Of a DNA stretch of 33,419 bases, positions 1 to 8,589 are shown piece by piece. Source of the DNA: Rubrobacteraceae bacterium (GTDB lineage Bacteria > Actinomycetota > Rubrobacteria > Rubrobacterales > Rubrobacteraceae); the NCBI GenBank assembly GCA_050698295.1, contig JBOHBL010000057.1, positions 1 through 33,419 on the forward strand, in the 5' to 3' direction. Position numbers and translations under genes: made by a program. The notes under the pieces are model-generated. The model was not told the DNA's origin. It saw nothing but the letters and a program-made list of their open reading frames with translations, and did no database searches. How positions within the stretch are numbered: the stretch's first letter is position 1; each line of letters starts with the position of its first letter.

Positions 1-237
1 ACCGAAATGGAAACCGATCCTCGGATCACAACAAGAAAAACAAGGGTTCGCGGCGGGAGCGCCGCGGGCCACGCCTCCGGAATGGAGACCGTGAGGCGAG
101 TCAGCCCGGGAAGGCTCGAAGACATAGTACAACAACTTCCAGGTATGTCACGTTCGGGACGATTCGTCGCCAGACAGCGAGACGCGGGATTTTGGTGTAA
201 GTTTCGAGGAGTGGCCGAGGATGGAGGAAGGAAATCC

Positions 238-849
238 ATGAAACGTGTCGAGTTCTATTTTGATCTGGTGAGTCCGTATTCGTATCTGGCGCAGACCCGG
301 ATGGACCGCATCCGCGACGAGACCGGCGCGGAGTTCGTCCTGCGGCCGATGCTCCTCGGGGGAGTGCACAAACTCTCCGGGAACCATGCTCCTATAGAAA
401 CTCCGTTGAAGGGGAGCTACCAGTTAAAGGACATACACCGCTGGGCCGAGAGATACGGCGCCCCGATGAGCTTTCCCGACCCGTTCCCCTTCAGGACCGT
501 CACGACCATGCGCGCCGCCGTCTTCCTCGATGAGCAGGGTGAGCTGGAGGACTTCGCCCGCGAGGCGTTCAAGCTCTACTGGGAGGAAGGCGGAGCCCCC
601 GACGGCCTCCGAGCCGACGAGACGGGACCCGTCTCCGAGGTCGCGCGCCGCATCGGGAGGGAGCCGAAGGAAATTCTGGAAGCCGCTTCCGAGCCGGGCA
701 TGAAACAAAAGCTCAAAGAACTGACCGAACACGCTGTCGAGCGTGGGGTGTTCGGGGCGCCGGCTTTCTTCGTCGGGGACGAGATGTTCTGGGGCAACGA
801 CAGGCTGCATTTCGTGGAGGCGGCTTTGGAGCGGGATCCGGCGAGCTGA
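238..849 (+). CDS. 2-hydroxychromene-2-carboxylate isomerase / DsbA-like thioredoxin-fold protein
   Basis: Part of ORF 7..849. The family-typical N-terminus MKRVEFYFDLVSPYSYLA starts at ATG 238, preceded by GGAGGAAGGA. The C-terminal GVFGAPAFFV..FWGNDRL motif is typical of HCCA-isomerase/DsbA-family proteins. The 77 upstream codons of the ORF are Arg/Gly-rich and look non-coding. Confidence 0.8.
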   Translation: MKRVEFYFDLVSPYSYLAQTRMDRIRDETGAEFVLRPMLLGGVHKLSGNHAPIETPLKGSYQLKDIHRWAERYGAPMSFPDPFPFRTVTTMRAAVFLDEQGELEDFAREAFKLYWEEGGAPDGLRADETGPVSEVARRIGREPKEILEAASEPGMKQKLKELTEHAVERGVFGAPAFFVGDEMFWGNDRLHFVEAALERDPAS

Positions 850-982
850 CGCGAAGTCCGGTTGATCGTGAGACGCGCCACCGGTGCGCCTCTACAGCGA
901 GGTCATAAGGAATCCGGGTGATCGCTCCCCCACCACGACGCTTTTCCGGGGGCGTTGGCATCCTGGGGGCGTGGGCATCCCG

Positions 983-1056
983 CCCGCGATGCACGCCTGT
1001 CCGCTCATGCGGGAAGGATGCCCGCACCCCCAGAGAGGAAAGCCGTCTTCTCTCGG
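983..1056 (+). repeat. REP-like intergenic repeat, copy 1 (second copy at 28126..28197, same orientation)
   Basis: cccgcgatgcacgcctgtccgctcatgcgggaaggatgcccgcaccccc..ggaaagccgtcttctctcgg aligns by eye with 28126..28197 at roughly 85-90 percent identity. It contains nested cccgc/gcggg inverted segments. It lies between convergent genes (849 / 1084). Confidence 0.7.
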
Positions 1057-1083
1057 CGCGGAGCTCTTCATCCGGATTCGGTG

Positions 1084-3156
1084 TCAGAGCTTCCCCTTCC
1101 CAAATCGTCTCAGCCAGGCGAAGGCGGCGAGGCTCATGGCGGTGCGTTCTTTGGGAAGAGCGAGGTCGGAGGCGAGGATCTCCTGCGCCCGACGCATCCG
1201 GTAGCGCACGGTGTTCGGGTGGACGAATAGCTTTTCGGAGGCTTCCTCGGGCGAGCCGAGGGCGAGGGTCAGGCAGAACGTATGGGTGAGTTCGGATCCC
1301 TTGTCGCGGTCGTGTTCGAGGAGCGGCTCCAGCGTCTTCTCCGCGAAGGCGGCCAGTTCTTCGGAGGTCTTCGGGCTTTCGAGCAGGGAGTCGAGTCCCC
1401 GCCCGTCTACCTCGGAGATGTAGCGTCCATCTTCCTCCCGCCGGAGCCGCTCGACGGTCCCGGCGGCCTGGAGCAGCGCGTCTTTGAGCGCGTCCGGCGA
1501 CTCGTAGGCCGCGCCGTGCGCCAGCCACAGAGGGGAAGGCCCGAGGTGCTTGAGCAGTTCGTCGCGGACGGTCGAGGGAGCGTTTCGGGACGGCTCTCGA
1601 AGCAGAACCACCCCCACGCCGTCGTCGAGGACGATGAGCGGGCCGCCGAGCTGGTCGAGGACCACGTCGTCGGCGAGCATGCGGAGTCGGGTTTGCTCGC
1701 GCGCGGTCTCCGGCTCCCAGGCGAAGGCCCACACCTCGCCCTTCTCCACGGGGAGGCCGAGGCGGTATCCTTCCCGGCGCGAGCCGCGGTTCGCCCTTCC
1801 CTCCGCGACGCTCTGGATCCAGTGCGACCGCCTCCGGTTGAGGCGGTCGTGAGCCTGCTCGACGCGGTCGATCACGACGTTGAACGCGGCGAGGGCGTCC
1901 TCGATCAGATCCGGCCAGCCTTCGAGCGGGAGACTCGCCGAAGGCCGCAGATGGAGGCGCCCGCGAGCGGACGGCCCGTTGAGGGGGAAGGTCCGAACGT
2001 CGTCCTGCGCGTGGATCCGGAGCCTTTCGAGCCTGTCGAGGTTGGCGGGGACGTAGGGGTGTCCCGCGCCGTCCGTCAGGATGGCCGCTCCCCCAAGAAG
2101 CTGTTCCATCCACGCCTCCAGCTCCCGGACCCGGTCGCATTCCAGGAGCAGCCGGCGCAACTCGTTCTTCTTCATCTTCAAATAGTCGAGGCCCGAGGTG
2201 AAGAGGCGGCGGGGAGCCGTCCACGCCCCGCTCACCGGTTCGATGTCGCTCTTCACCCGCAGAAGCAAGGCGCGGTCGGCGTCGGAGAAGGGCGCGACCG
2301 TCCGCCTCACTGCGTAAAGGACTCCGCCGGATCCCTCTCCGCCGCCCCGGACGGGGACCGCCAGAACCGAGCGCACCTCCTCGTCGTCGGTGGCGTCGCT
2401 GACCCCCGGATATCGGTACTGGCAGTTGCGGTAGTCGGGGATGTCGAAGGCTTCGCCCCTCGCGAACACCCTTCCGCCGACGCCCTCCCCGAGCGGAAGC
2501 TCGAACCCGAACCCGGAGTTCTTCGCCCCGACGTTCCACTCCACGTCCACGACGCCCTCATGAACCCCGCCCCAATACGTGAAGTCCGCGCCGCTCACGT
2601 CGCGAGCGAGAGCGAGCATCTCCGGAAGCCCGTCCTCGTCGCGCGCCCGAAGGGAGAGCGCGAGATCCCGGTCCAAAACGCCCTCGCCGCCGAAGTGGAC
2701 CCTCTCCATGCACTCGACCTCGATGAGCGTCTCCATCTCCCGCCGCACGCGCTCCATGCTTTCTCCATCCGGCGTCCCGCGCGGCCACACGATCCACAAC
2801 CCGGACATCGAAGGGGAGCCGGGATGGAGCGCGAAGAGCATGGGATTTGTCCCCGGCAGGAAGGGCGGCGTCTCGGAGAGGGCCGCCGCCGTTGTCTCCG
2901 GCGAATCATCGAGGCGCTCTCTCAGCCAGCGAGTCATCTCTCTGTTTCTCTCGCCGACGTAATCCACGCGCCGGAGTGTGTCCCCGCCCGGACGCAGCAA
3001 AGCCGTCCCCGCCGCCGGAACGCCGCGAACCGCCGCCTCGAGGGCGAGTCGGATGGAGGCCGGACGCTGCGAGCGAGACAGCCCGGCCTCCCTCAAATAC
3101 CCCACGCTCTCCGAGAGCGCGACATGCGACAAGGTGTTCTCGTAGTGTCCGATCAT
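1084..3156 (-). CDS. PucR-family transcriptional regulator with central GAF-like domain
   Basis: Part of ORF 1084..3186. The C-terminus ..SELTHTFCLTLALGSPEEASEKLFVHPNTVRYRMRRAQEIL is the PucR C-terminal HTH signature. The central segment ..GEGVGGRVFARGEAFDIPDY..VLAVPV.. is GAF-like. I prefer the start at ATG 3156 (MIGHYEN..) with GGGGAA upstream; ATG 3186 is the alternative. Confidence 0.8.
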   Translation of the reverse strand: MIGHYENTLSHVALSESVGYLREAGLSRSQRPASIRLALEAAVRGVPAAGTALLRPGGDTLRRVDYVGERNREMTRWLRERLDDSPETTAAALSETPPFLPGTNPMLFALHPGSPSMSGLWIVWPRGTPDGESMERVRREMETLIEVECMERVHFGGEGVLDRDLALSLRARDEDGLPEMLALARDVSGADFTYWGGVHEGVVDVEWNVGAKNSGFGFELPLGEGVGGRVFARGEAFDIPDYRNCQYRYPGVSDATDDEEVRSVLAVPVRGGGEGSGGVLYAVRRTVAPFSDADRALLLRVKSDIEPVSGAWTAPRRLFTSGLDYLKMKKNELRRLLLECDRVRELEAWMEQLLGGAAILTDGAGHPYVPANLDRLERLRIHAQDDVRTFPLNGPSARGRLHLRPSASLPLEGWPDLIEDALAAFNVVIDRVEQAHDRLNRRRSHWIQSVAEGRANRGSRREGYRLGLPVEKGEVWAFAWEPETAREQTRLRMLADDVVLDQLGGPLIVLDDGVGVVLLREPSRNAPSTVRDELLKHLGPSPLWLAHGAAYESPDALKDALLQAAGTVERLRREEDGRYISEVDGRGLDSLLESPKTSEELAAFAEKTLEPLLEHDRDKGSELTHTFCLTLALGSPEEASEKLFVHPNTVRYRMRRAQEILASDLALPKERTAMSLAAFAWLRRFGKGKL

Positions 3157-3215
3157 TTGTTCCCCATTACAAGTTCCCCACTGCAAATTTGTTCAGGCTC
3201 ACATAGTAACCCGAG

Positions 3216-3243
3216 TTGCCCGCAACCTACAATAGCGGGGCAA
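3216..3243. promoter_or_regulatory. Candidate operator / -10 region in the divergent regulator-hydrolase intergenic region
   Basis: The imperfect inverted repeat ttgcccgc(3216-3223)/gcggggcaa(3235-3243) brackets a TACAAT hexamer (3228-3233) 36 nt upstream of ATG 3269. No convincing -35 was found. Confidence 0.25.
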
Positions 3244-3268
3244 GGGAAAGATCCAAAGGGAGACAAGC

Positions 3269-4762
3269 ATGGAAGTCGAAGGGGAAGCCCGCAGGTCAAA
3301 GTCGCCGAAGGTCTTTTTGGCGGCCTTGCTATGTCTGGCGGTCTTCGCGCCGCTGTTCATGTACGTGGGATCGGTGGACGCCGACGACGGGGAGGCGGAA
3401 CTCGGGCGGGACTCGGGCGGCAATTCGGGCAAGTGTCCGAAAAAGGAGGGGGCCGTGACGGTTCCGGGGGCCGACTTCCAGGATGCCGACTGCCTGCGGG
3501 ATCTCACCACGGCCGGCACGCAGGAGACCGGGCACACTGACAGGAAGGACTGGGACGGATTGCACGCCGAGGGAACCGAGAATCCCAGCGGCGTGCCGGG
3601 CCTCCATGTAGACGGGTGCTTCCCCGACGACTCGACGACGAACACGACCAGCGCCAACATCGACACGAACAACACCTGCGAGCATGATTCGCAGTTCGTG
3701 ATCCGTTTCCCCAACGACTGGAACGGGAAGCTGGTTATAACCGGCGCTCCGGGGGTGCGCGAGCAGTACGCAAACGACTTCATCATCAGCGACTACGTTT
3801 TGGACAAGGGCTACGCCTTCGCCTCGACGGACAAGGGCAACACCGGGGTCAACTTCTACGACGACGGCTCCGAGCCGGGCGGCTCCATCGCCGAGTGGCA
3901 CGAGCGCGTCGAGCAGCTCACGAGGGCCACCAAGAAGGCAGCCAAAGACAACTACGGCAAGAGGCCGGAGCGCACGTACATCACCGGCATCTCAAACGGC
4001 GGATACCTGACGCGCTATGCTCTGGAGAACACCCCCGAACTCTACGACGGCGGGGTGGACTGGGAGGGGACGCTCTTCCTGGAGGAGGGGCCGAACCTGC
4101 TCACCTTCCTGCCGCCCACGCTTCGAAACTACCCCGAGTGCAAGACCGACCGTGAGAGCGGCCAGAGTCTCGAAGAGAGCGAAGCCTGCCAGAACATCGT
4201 GGAAGCCGGCTTCGCGCCCGAGTCCGAGTTCCTCTGGGACGAGCACTACACCATCTACTGGGACCTCACGCAGCGCATCTACCGCGAAGAGTTCGACCCC
4301 GAGTACGACGGCGCGCTGAAAGCCGGAATACCTTTCTGCCAGCCGGGGACCCCCAACTGCGACGCCGACTACGACTACGATGAGAGACCTCAAGAGGTCA
4401 GGGACGCCATGGGGAGCGTCTCGAACACCGGCGACATCGGGAAGCCCATGATCACGCTTCATGGAACGCTCGACACCCTGCTGCCCATCGAGCCCGACTC
4501 CGACGTGTACAGGAAGCTCGTCAAAGAGGAAGGCAACAAAAAGCGTCACCGCTACTACGTCATAGACGAGGGCAACCACGTCGATTCCTTCTACGAAGGC
4601 AACGAGGACAGGCTGCGACCGATGCTCCCCTGCCACAGGACCGCTTTCGACGATCTCGTGGCCTGGGTCGAGAGGGGCAAGAAGCCGCCGAAGAACCAGT
4701 TCGTGAACAAGCCAAAGGGCGGGGACGTGGTCAATAGCTGCGAGATCGGCAAGGAGGAGTAA
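3269..4762 (+). CDS. Secreted alpha/beta-fold hydrolase (esterase; possible 3-hydroxybutyrate-oligomer / ester hydrolase)
   Basis: N-terminal Sec-type signal (RRSKSPK + VFLAALLCLAVFAPLFMYVG + SVDA/DD). Nucleophile elbow GISNGG in ..TYITGISNGGYLTRYAL... Late acidic and His positions (..LHGTLDTLLP.., ..IDEGNHVDSF..) could complete a Ser-Asp-His triad. The 3HB-ester assignment rests on context (bdh and acetoacetyl-CoA synthetase downstream), not on a recognised motif. Confidence 0.7.
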   Translation: MEVEGEARRSKSPKVFLAALLCLAVFAPLFMYVGSVDADDGEAELGRDSGGNSGKCPKKEGAVTVPGADFQDADCLRDLTTAGTQETGHTDRKDWDGLHAEGTENPSGVPGLHVDGCFPDDSTTNTTSANIDTNNTCEHDSQFVIRFPNDWNGKLVITGAPGVREQYANDFIISDYVLDKGYAFASTDKGNTGVNFYDDGSEPGGSIAEWHERVEQLTRATKKAAKDNYGKRPERTYITGISNGGYLTRYALENTPELYDGGVDWEGTLFLEEGPNLLTFLPPTLRNYPECKTDRESGQSLEESEACQNIVEAGFAPESEFLWDEHYTIYWDLTQRIYREEFDPEYDGALKAGIPFCQPGTPNCDADYDYDERPQEVRDAMGSVSNTGDIGKPMITLHGTLDTLLPIEPDSDVYRKLVKEEGNKKRHRYYVIDEGNHVDSFYEGNEDRLRPMLPCHRTAFDDLVAWVERGKKPPKNQFVNKPKGGDVVNSCEIGKEE

Positions 4763-4878
4763 GGGACGGGGGGTGGTGGGAAAGGGAAAAGCGGGCGGGG
4801 TTGATCGGGCGGCGCACTAAACAGCGCGTCCCGCGTCTTTCGCGGGGATGGAGAGGAACGTATGAAAGGAATGCATAG

Positions 4879-6225
4879 ATGGAGAGGTTAGGCGGAGAGA
4901 ACCAGGGGGAGCGCACCTCGGTCGGCCAGGTGGCGCTGGCGAGCTTCATAGGCACGACGGTCGAATGGTACGACTACTTCCTGTACGGGACGGCGGCGGC
5001 GGTCGTGTTCGCGCCTTTGTTCTTCCCGGACTCCGACCCGCTGGTGGGGACGCTCCTCGCGTTCGCCACGTTCGGCGTCGGGTTCGCCGCGAGGCCCATC
5101 GGCGGCGTGGTCTTCGGGCATTTCGGCGACAAGATCGGGCGCAAAGCGATGCTCGTGACCACGCTGCTTTTGATGGGCGTGGCGACTTTTTGCATCGGGC
5201 TTTTGCCGACTTACGGGCAGATAGGGATACTCGCCCCCGCATTGCTCGTGTTCTTGAGATTGATACAAGGCTTCTCGCTCGGCGGGGAGTGGGGCGGGGC
5301 CGTCCTCATGGCGACGGAGTATTCGCCGCAGAACCGGAGGGGTTTTTACGGAAGCTGGCCGCAGATGGGGGCGTTCTCGGGGCTTCTCATCGGGACCGCG
5401 GTCTTCGCGGCCTTCTCGCAGCTTCCCGAGGAGGCGTTCCTCGCGTGGGGATGGCGCATACCGTTCCTGCTTTCGATCATCCTCGTTGGCGTCGGGCTTT
5501 TCGTGCGTTTGAAGATAGCCGAGTCGCCCGCCTTCGAGCAAGTCAAGGAGAGCGGCACCGAGGCCCGGATGCCGATCGTGGACGTTTTCCGCGAGCATCC
5601 GAAGAGCGTGTTCCTCGCGATGGGGGCGCGGATGGCCGAGAACGGCGTTTTCTACATCCTCGCGGTCTTCAGCATTTCGTACGTCACCACGACGGTCGGT
5701 TTGAGCAATGGCGTGGCTTTGACGGCGGTCATGATCGGGGCGGCGGTCGGCTTCTTCGTCATCGCGGGCTTCGGCGCGCTCTCGGACGTGGTGGGGCGGC
5801 GTCCGGTGTATATGGGCGGGGCGGCGTTTTCGGCGCTGTTCGCCTTCCCGTTTTTCTGGCTGCTCGACACGGGATCCACGTTCCTCGTGTGCGTCGGCGT
5901 CCTCGTGGGGATCATCGGCCACGCGGCGATGTACGGCCCGCAGGCGGCGTTCTTCTCGGAGCTTTTCGGGACGCGAGTTCGGTACTCCGGCGCCTCGACC
6001 GGCTACCAGCTCGCATCGGTTCTCGCCGGAGGTCTTTCGCCGTTCATCGCGACGGCGCTTTTGGCTTGGGCCGGGAGCTATTGGCCGGTCGCGCTGTACA
6101 TGATCGGGCTTTGCATCATAACCTTGATCGCGGTATATCTCGCCACCGAGACGTACCGGAGCGAGACCGAAGAGCGGCCGAAAGAAACGGCGCCCGCCCG
6201 CGAGAGCAGCGCGGTGACCGAGTAA
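4879..6225 (+). CDS. MFS transporter, metabolite:H+ symporter (MHS) family, paralog 1
   Basis: VALASFIGTTVEWYDYFLYGTAAAVVF..GHFGDKIGRK..LRLIQGFSLGGEWGGA.. are MHS (ProP/KgtP/ShiA-like) signatures. About 12 hydrophobic segments. AAAGGA lies 8 nt before the ATG. Confidence 0.85.
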   Translation: MERLGGENQGERTSVGQVALASFIGTTVEWYDYFLYGTAAAVVFAPLFFPDSDPLVGTLLAFATFGVGFAARPIGGVVFGHFGDKIGRKAMLVTTLLLMGVATFCIGLLPTYGQIGILAPALLVFLRLIQGFSLGGEWGGAVLMATEYSPQNRRGFYGSWPQMGAFSGLLIGTAVFAAFSQLPEEAFLAWGWRIPFLLSIILVGVGLFVRLKIAESPAFEQVKESGTEARMPIVDVFREHPKSVFLAMGARMAENGVFYILAVFSISYVTTTVGLSNGVALTAVMIGAAVGFFVIAGFGALSDVVGRRPVYMGGAAFSALFAFPFFWLLDTGSTFLVCVGVLVGIIGHAAMYGPQAAFFSELFGTRVRYSGASTGYQLASVLAGGLSPFIATALLAWAGSYWPVALYMIGLCIITLIAVYLATETYRSETEERPKETAPARESSAVTE

Positions 6226-6241
6226 AAGGTCGCTGTCGCTC

Positions 6242-6318
6242 CCGGAGGAGTGGAGGAGTGGAGGAGTCGTATTCGCCCTTTCCAACTCCTCCATCCCGCT
6301 ATTCCTCCACTCCTCCGG
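6242..6318 (+). terminator. Long stem-loop between MFS paralogs 1 and 2 (possible terminator / processing site), built from GGAGGAGT x3 and its complement
   Basis: ccggaggagtggagga (6242-6257) is the exact reverse complement of tcctccactcctccgg (6303-6318). An inner tggaggagt/actcctcca pairing adds to the stem. No U-tract follows. Confidence 0.45.
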
Positions 6319-6384
6319 CGGCGTAGCCGCCCAATCCGGCATATTTGTGGCAAGATATTGGAGAACGAGGGACAGGAGGAGATC

Positions 6385-7740
6385 ATGGCGGGCAACGTGA
6401 ACGCGGGCGGGGATGTGAGGGAGGAGTCGATCCGGAAGGTCGCTCTGGCGAGCTTTATCGGGACGGCCATCGAGTGGTACGACTACTTCCTCTACGGGAC
6501 GGCGGCGGCGCTGGTGTTCGGCGCTCTGTTCTTCCCGGACTTTTCGCCGCTGGCGGGGACGCTGGCTTCGTTCGCCACGTTCGCGGTCGGCTTCTTCGCG
6601 AGGCCGGTGGGTGGAATCGTCTTCGGCCACTTCGGAGACAAGATCGGGCGCAAGACCATGCTGGTCATGACGCTCATGATCATGGGCGTCGCCACGTTCT
6701 TCATCGGGCTCCTGCCCACCTACGAGACCATCGGGATCTGGGCTCCGATCCTGCTCGTCCTCTTGCGCGTGTTCCAGGGCTTCGGCGTCGGCGGCGAGTG
6801 GGGAGGCGCGATCCTGATGGCCGTCGAACACTCTCCGAGAGGAAAGCGCGGCTTCTACGGGAGCTGGCCGCAGATGGGCGTTCCGGCGGGCCTCTTGCTC
6901 GGCACGGGAGCCTTGTACGCGTTCTCCCTGCTGCCGGAGGAAGCGTTTCTGGCCTGGGGCTGGCGGGTTCCGTTCCTCCTGTCCATCATCCTCGTCGGCG
7001 TGGGGCTCTACATCCGGCTCGCGATAGACGAGTCGCCTGCGTTCCGGCAGGTGCAGCAGAGCAACACCACGGCGCAGATGCCCATCCTGGACGTACTCAG
7101 GACGTATCCGAAGGCCGTCTTCATAGCGATGGGTCTGCGCGTCGCCGAGAACGGCTCGTTCTACGTCTTCTCCGTCTTCGTGCTCACCTACGTCACCCAG
7201 CAGTTAGGGCTTCCGAACAGCCTGGCATTGGCCGGCGTCATGATCGCCTCGGCGCTGGAGTTCTTCGCCATCCCGTTCTTCGGGGCGCTCACCGACAGGG
7301 TCGGGCGCAAGCCGGTGTACATGTTCGGGGCCGTGTTCTCGCTTCTGTTCGCCTTCCCGTTCTTCTGGCTGCTGAACACCGAGGTGACCGTCCTGATCTG
7401 GCTCGCCATCGTCCTCGCGCTCGTGGTCGGACACGCGGCGATGTACGGGACGCAGGGCGCGTTTTTCTCCGAACTCTTCGGAACGCGGGTCCGTTACTCG
7501 GGCGCTTCTCTCGGCTACCAGCTCGCCTCCGTCTTCGCGGGCGGCCTCTCGCCGTTCATCGCGGTGGCGCTTCTGGCGTGGGCGGGCAGCTTCTGGCCGG
7601 TCGCCGTTTACCTGGGCTTCATGGCGCTCATAACCATCGTCTCGGTCTACGCCGCCACCGAGACTTTTCAGGATGAGATCTCCGAGGACAGGCCCGAGGA
7701 ACAGCGACTCATCCGCGAAGCCCAGCCCCGGACACAGTAA
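6385..7740 (+). CDS. MFS transporter, MHS family, paralog 2
   Basis: Part of ORF 6250..7740. ATG 6385 is preceded by GACAGGAGGAGATC. The protein aligns along its whole length with paralog 1 (roughly 65-70 percent identical by eye), for example VALASFIGTAIEWYDYFLYGTAAALVF. Confidence 0.85.
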   Translation: MAGNVNAGGDVREESIRKVALASFIGTAIEWYDYFLYGTAAALVFGALFFPDFSPLAGTLASFATFAVGFFARPVGGIVFGHFGDKIGRKTMLVMTLMIMGVATFFIGLLPTYETIGIWAPILLVLLRVFQGFGVGGEWGGAILMAVEHSPRGKRGFYGSWPQMGVPAGLLLGTGALYAFSLLPEEAFLAWGWRVPFLLSIILVGVGLYIRLAIDESPAFRQVQQSNTTAQMPILDVLRTYPKAVFIAMGLRVAENGSFYVFSVFVLTYVTQQLGLPNSLALAGVMIASALEFFAIPFFGALTDRVGRKPVYMFGAVFSLLFAFPFFWLLNTEVTVLIWLAIVLALVVGHAAMYGTQGAFFSELFGTRVRYSGASLGYQLASVFAGGLSPFIAVALLAWAGSFWPVAVYLGFMALITIVSVYAATETFQDEISEDRPEEQRLIREAQPRTQ

Positions 7741-7753
7741 AATGACTTCACTG

Positions 7754-7785
7754 CGGGAGGCGGTCAAAGTCGCCTCCCGTTTTTA
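7754..7785 (+). terminator. Intrinsic terminator after MFS paralog 2
   Basis: cgggaggcg (7754-7762), loop gtcaaagt, cgcctcccg (7771-7779), then ttttta. It lies 14 nt after the stop codon. Confidence 0.75.
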
Positions 7786-7800
7786 TCGGGAAGGAGACAT

Positions 7801-8580
7801 ATGAGCGAGACTTCGATCATGGCGCAAACGGTGGACGTGGACTTGAGCGGCAAGACGGCGCTCGTCACCGGAGCCGCGAGCGGCATCGGTAAAGCCTGCG
7901 CGAAGAGACTCGCCGCAGCCGGAGCGTCCGTGACGGTCCTCGACCTGAACGGAGAGGCGGCGAGGGAAGTCGCGAAGGAGCTGGAGGGTCGCTCGGTCCA
8001 GGCCGACCTCTCCGACTACGACGCCCTCGACTCCCTCGAAATTTCCGCCGACATCGTGGTCAATAATGCGGGTTTGCAGCACGTCTCTCCAGTCGAGGAC
8101 TTCCCGCCGGAGAAGTTCTCCACGATTCTGCGGGTGATGCTCGAAGCTCCGTTCCGGATAGTTCGGCTGGCCCTGCCCGGCATGTACGAGAAGGGGTGGG
8201 GGAGGGTGATAAACATCTCCTCGGCGCACGGGCTCGCGGCGTCTCCGTACAAGTCCGCCTATGTCTCGGCCAAGCACGGACTTGAAGGGCTCTCGAAGGT
8301 CGTCGCCCTCGAAGGCGGGGACAAAGGCATTACGAGCAACTGTATTTGTCCGGCGTATGTGAGGACGCCTCTGGTTGAGGGGCAGATAGAGGATCAGGCG
8401 AAGACGCACGGCATCTCCGAGGACGAGGTGATAGAGAAGATCATGCTGACTCTGCCCTCGATCAAACGCCTCGTCGAGCCGGAAGAGGTCGCGGAGATGG
8501 CCGCCTTCCTCTGCACACCTCCCGCTTCGTTCATAAACGGGGCCTCTATTACAATGGACGGCGGTTGGACGGCTCGGTAA
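7801..8580 (+). CDS. bdhA: 3-hydroxybutyrate dehydrogenase (short-chain dehydrogenase/reductase)
   Basis: TGAASGIGKA Rossmann motif, NNAG, catalytic S..YxxxK (SSAHGLAASPYKSAYVSAKHG) and the C-terminal ..NGASITMDGGWTAR ending typical of BDH-type SDRs. AAGGAG lies 4 nt before the ATG. Confidence 0.85.
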   Translation: MSETSIMAQTVDVDLSGKTALVTGAASGIGKACAKRLAAAGASVTVLDLNGEAAREVAKELEGRSVQADLSDYDALDSLEISADIVVNNAGLQHVSPVEDFPPEKFSTILRVMLEAPFRIVRLALPGMYEKGWGRVINISSAHGLAASPYKSAYVSAKHGLEGLSKVVALEGGDKGITSNCICPAYVRTPLVEGQIEDQAKTHGISEDEVIEKIMLTLPSIKRLVEPEEVAEMAAFLCTPPASFINGASITMDGGWTAR

Positions 8581-8589
8581 GGAGGAATA

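Noticed and set aside
7-237. N-terminal 77-codon extension of the HCCA-isomerase-like ORF
   Set aside because: The family-typical N-terminus and a GGAGG-type RBS occur at ATG 238, and the extension is Arg/Gly-rich without features.
713-3540. Very long ORFs 713..2539 (-) and 1282..3540 (+) overlapping the PucR-family gene
   Set aside because: Extreme Arg/Pro/Gly composition (RRRGG.., PRPRR..) is typical of shadow frames in high-GC DNA. The 1084..3186 frame has real GAF and PucR HTH signatures.
4888-7767. ORFs 4888..6831 (-), 4965..6326 (+), 6345..7676 (+) and 7204..7767 (-) overlapping the MFS genes
   Set aside because: These are shadow frames rich in R/G/D/H/E repeats. The MFS frames show 12-TM hydrophobic periodicity and family motifs.
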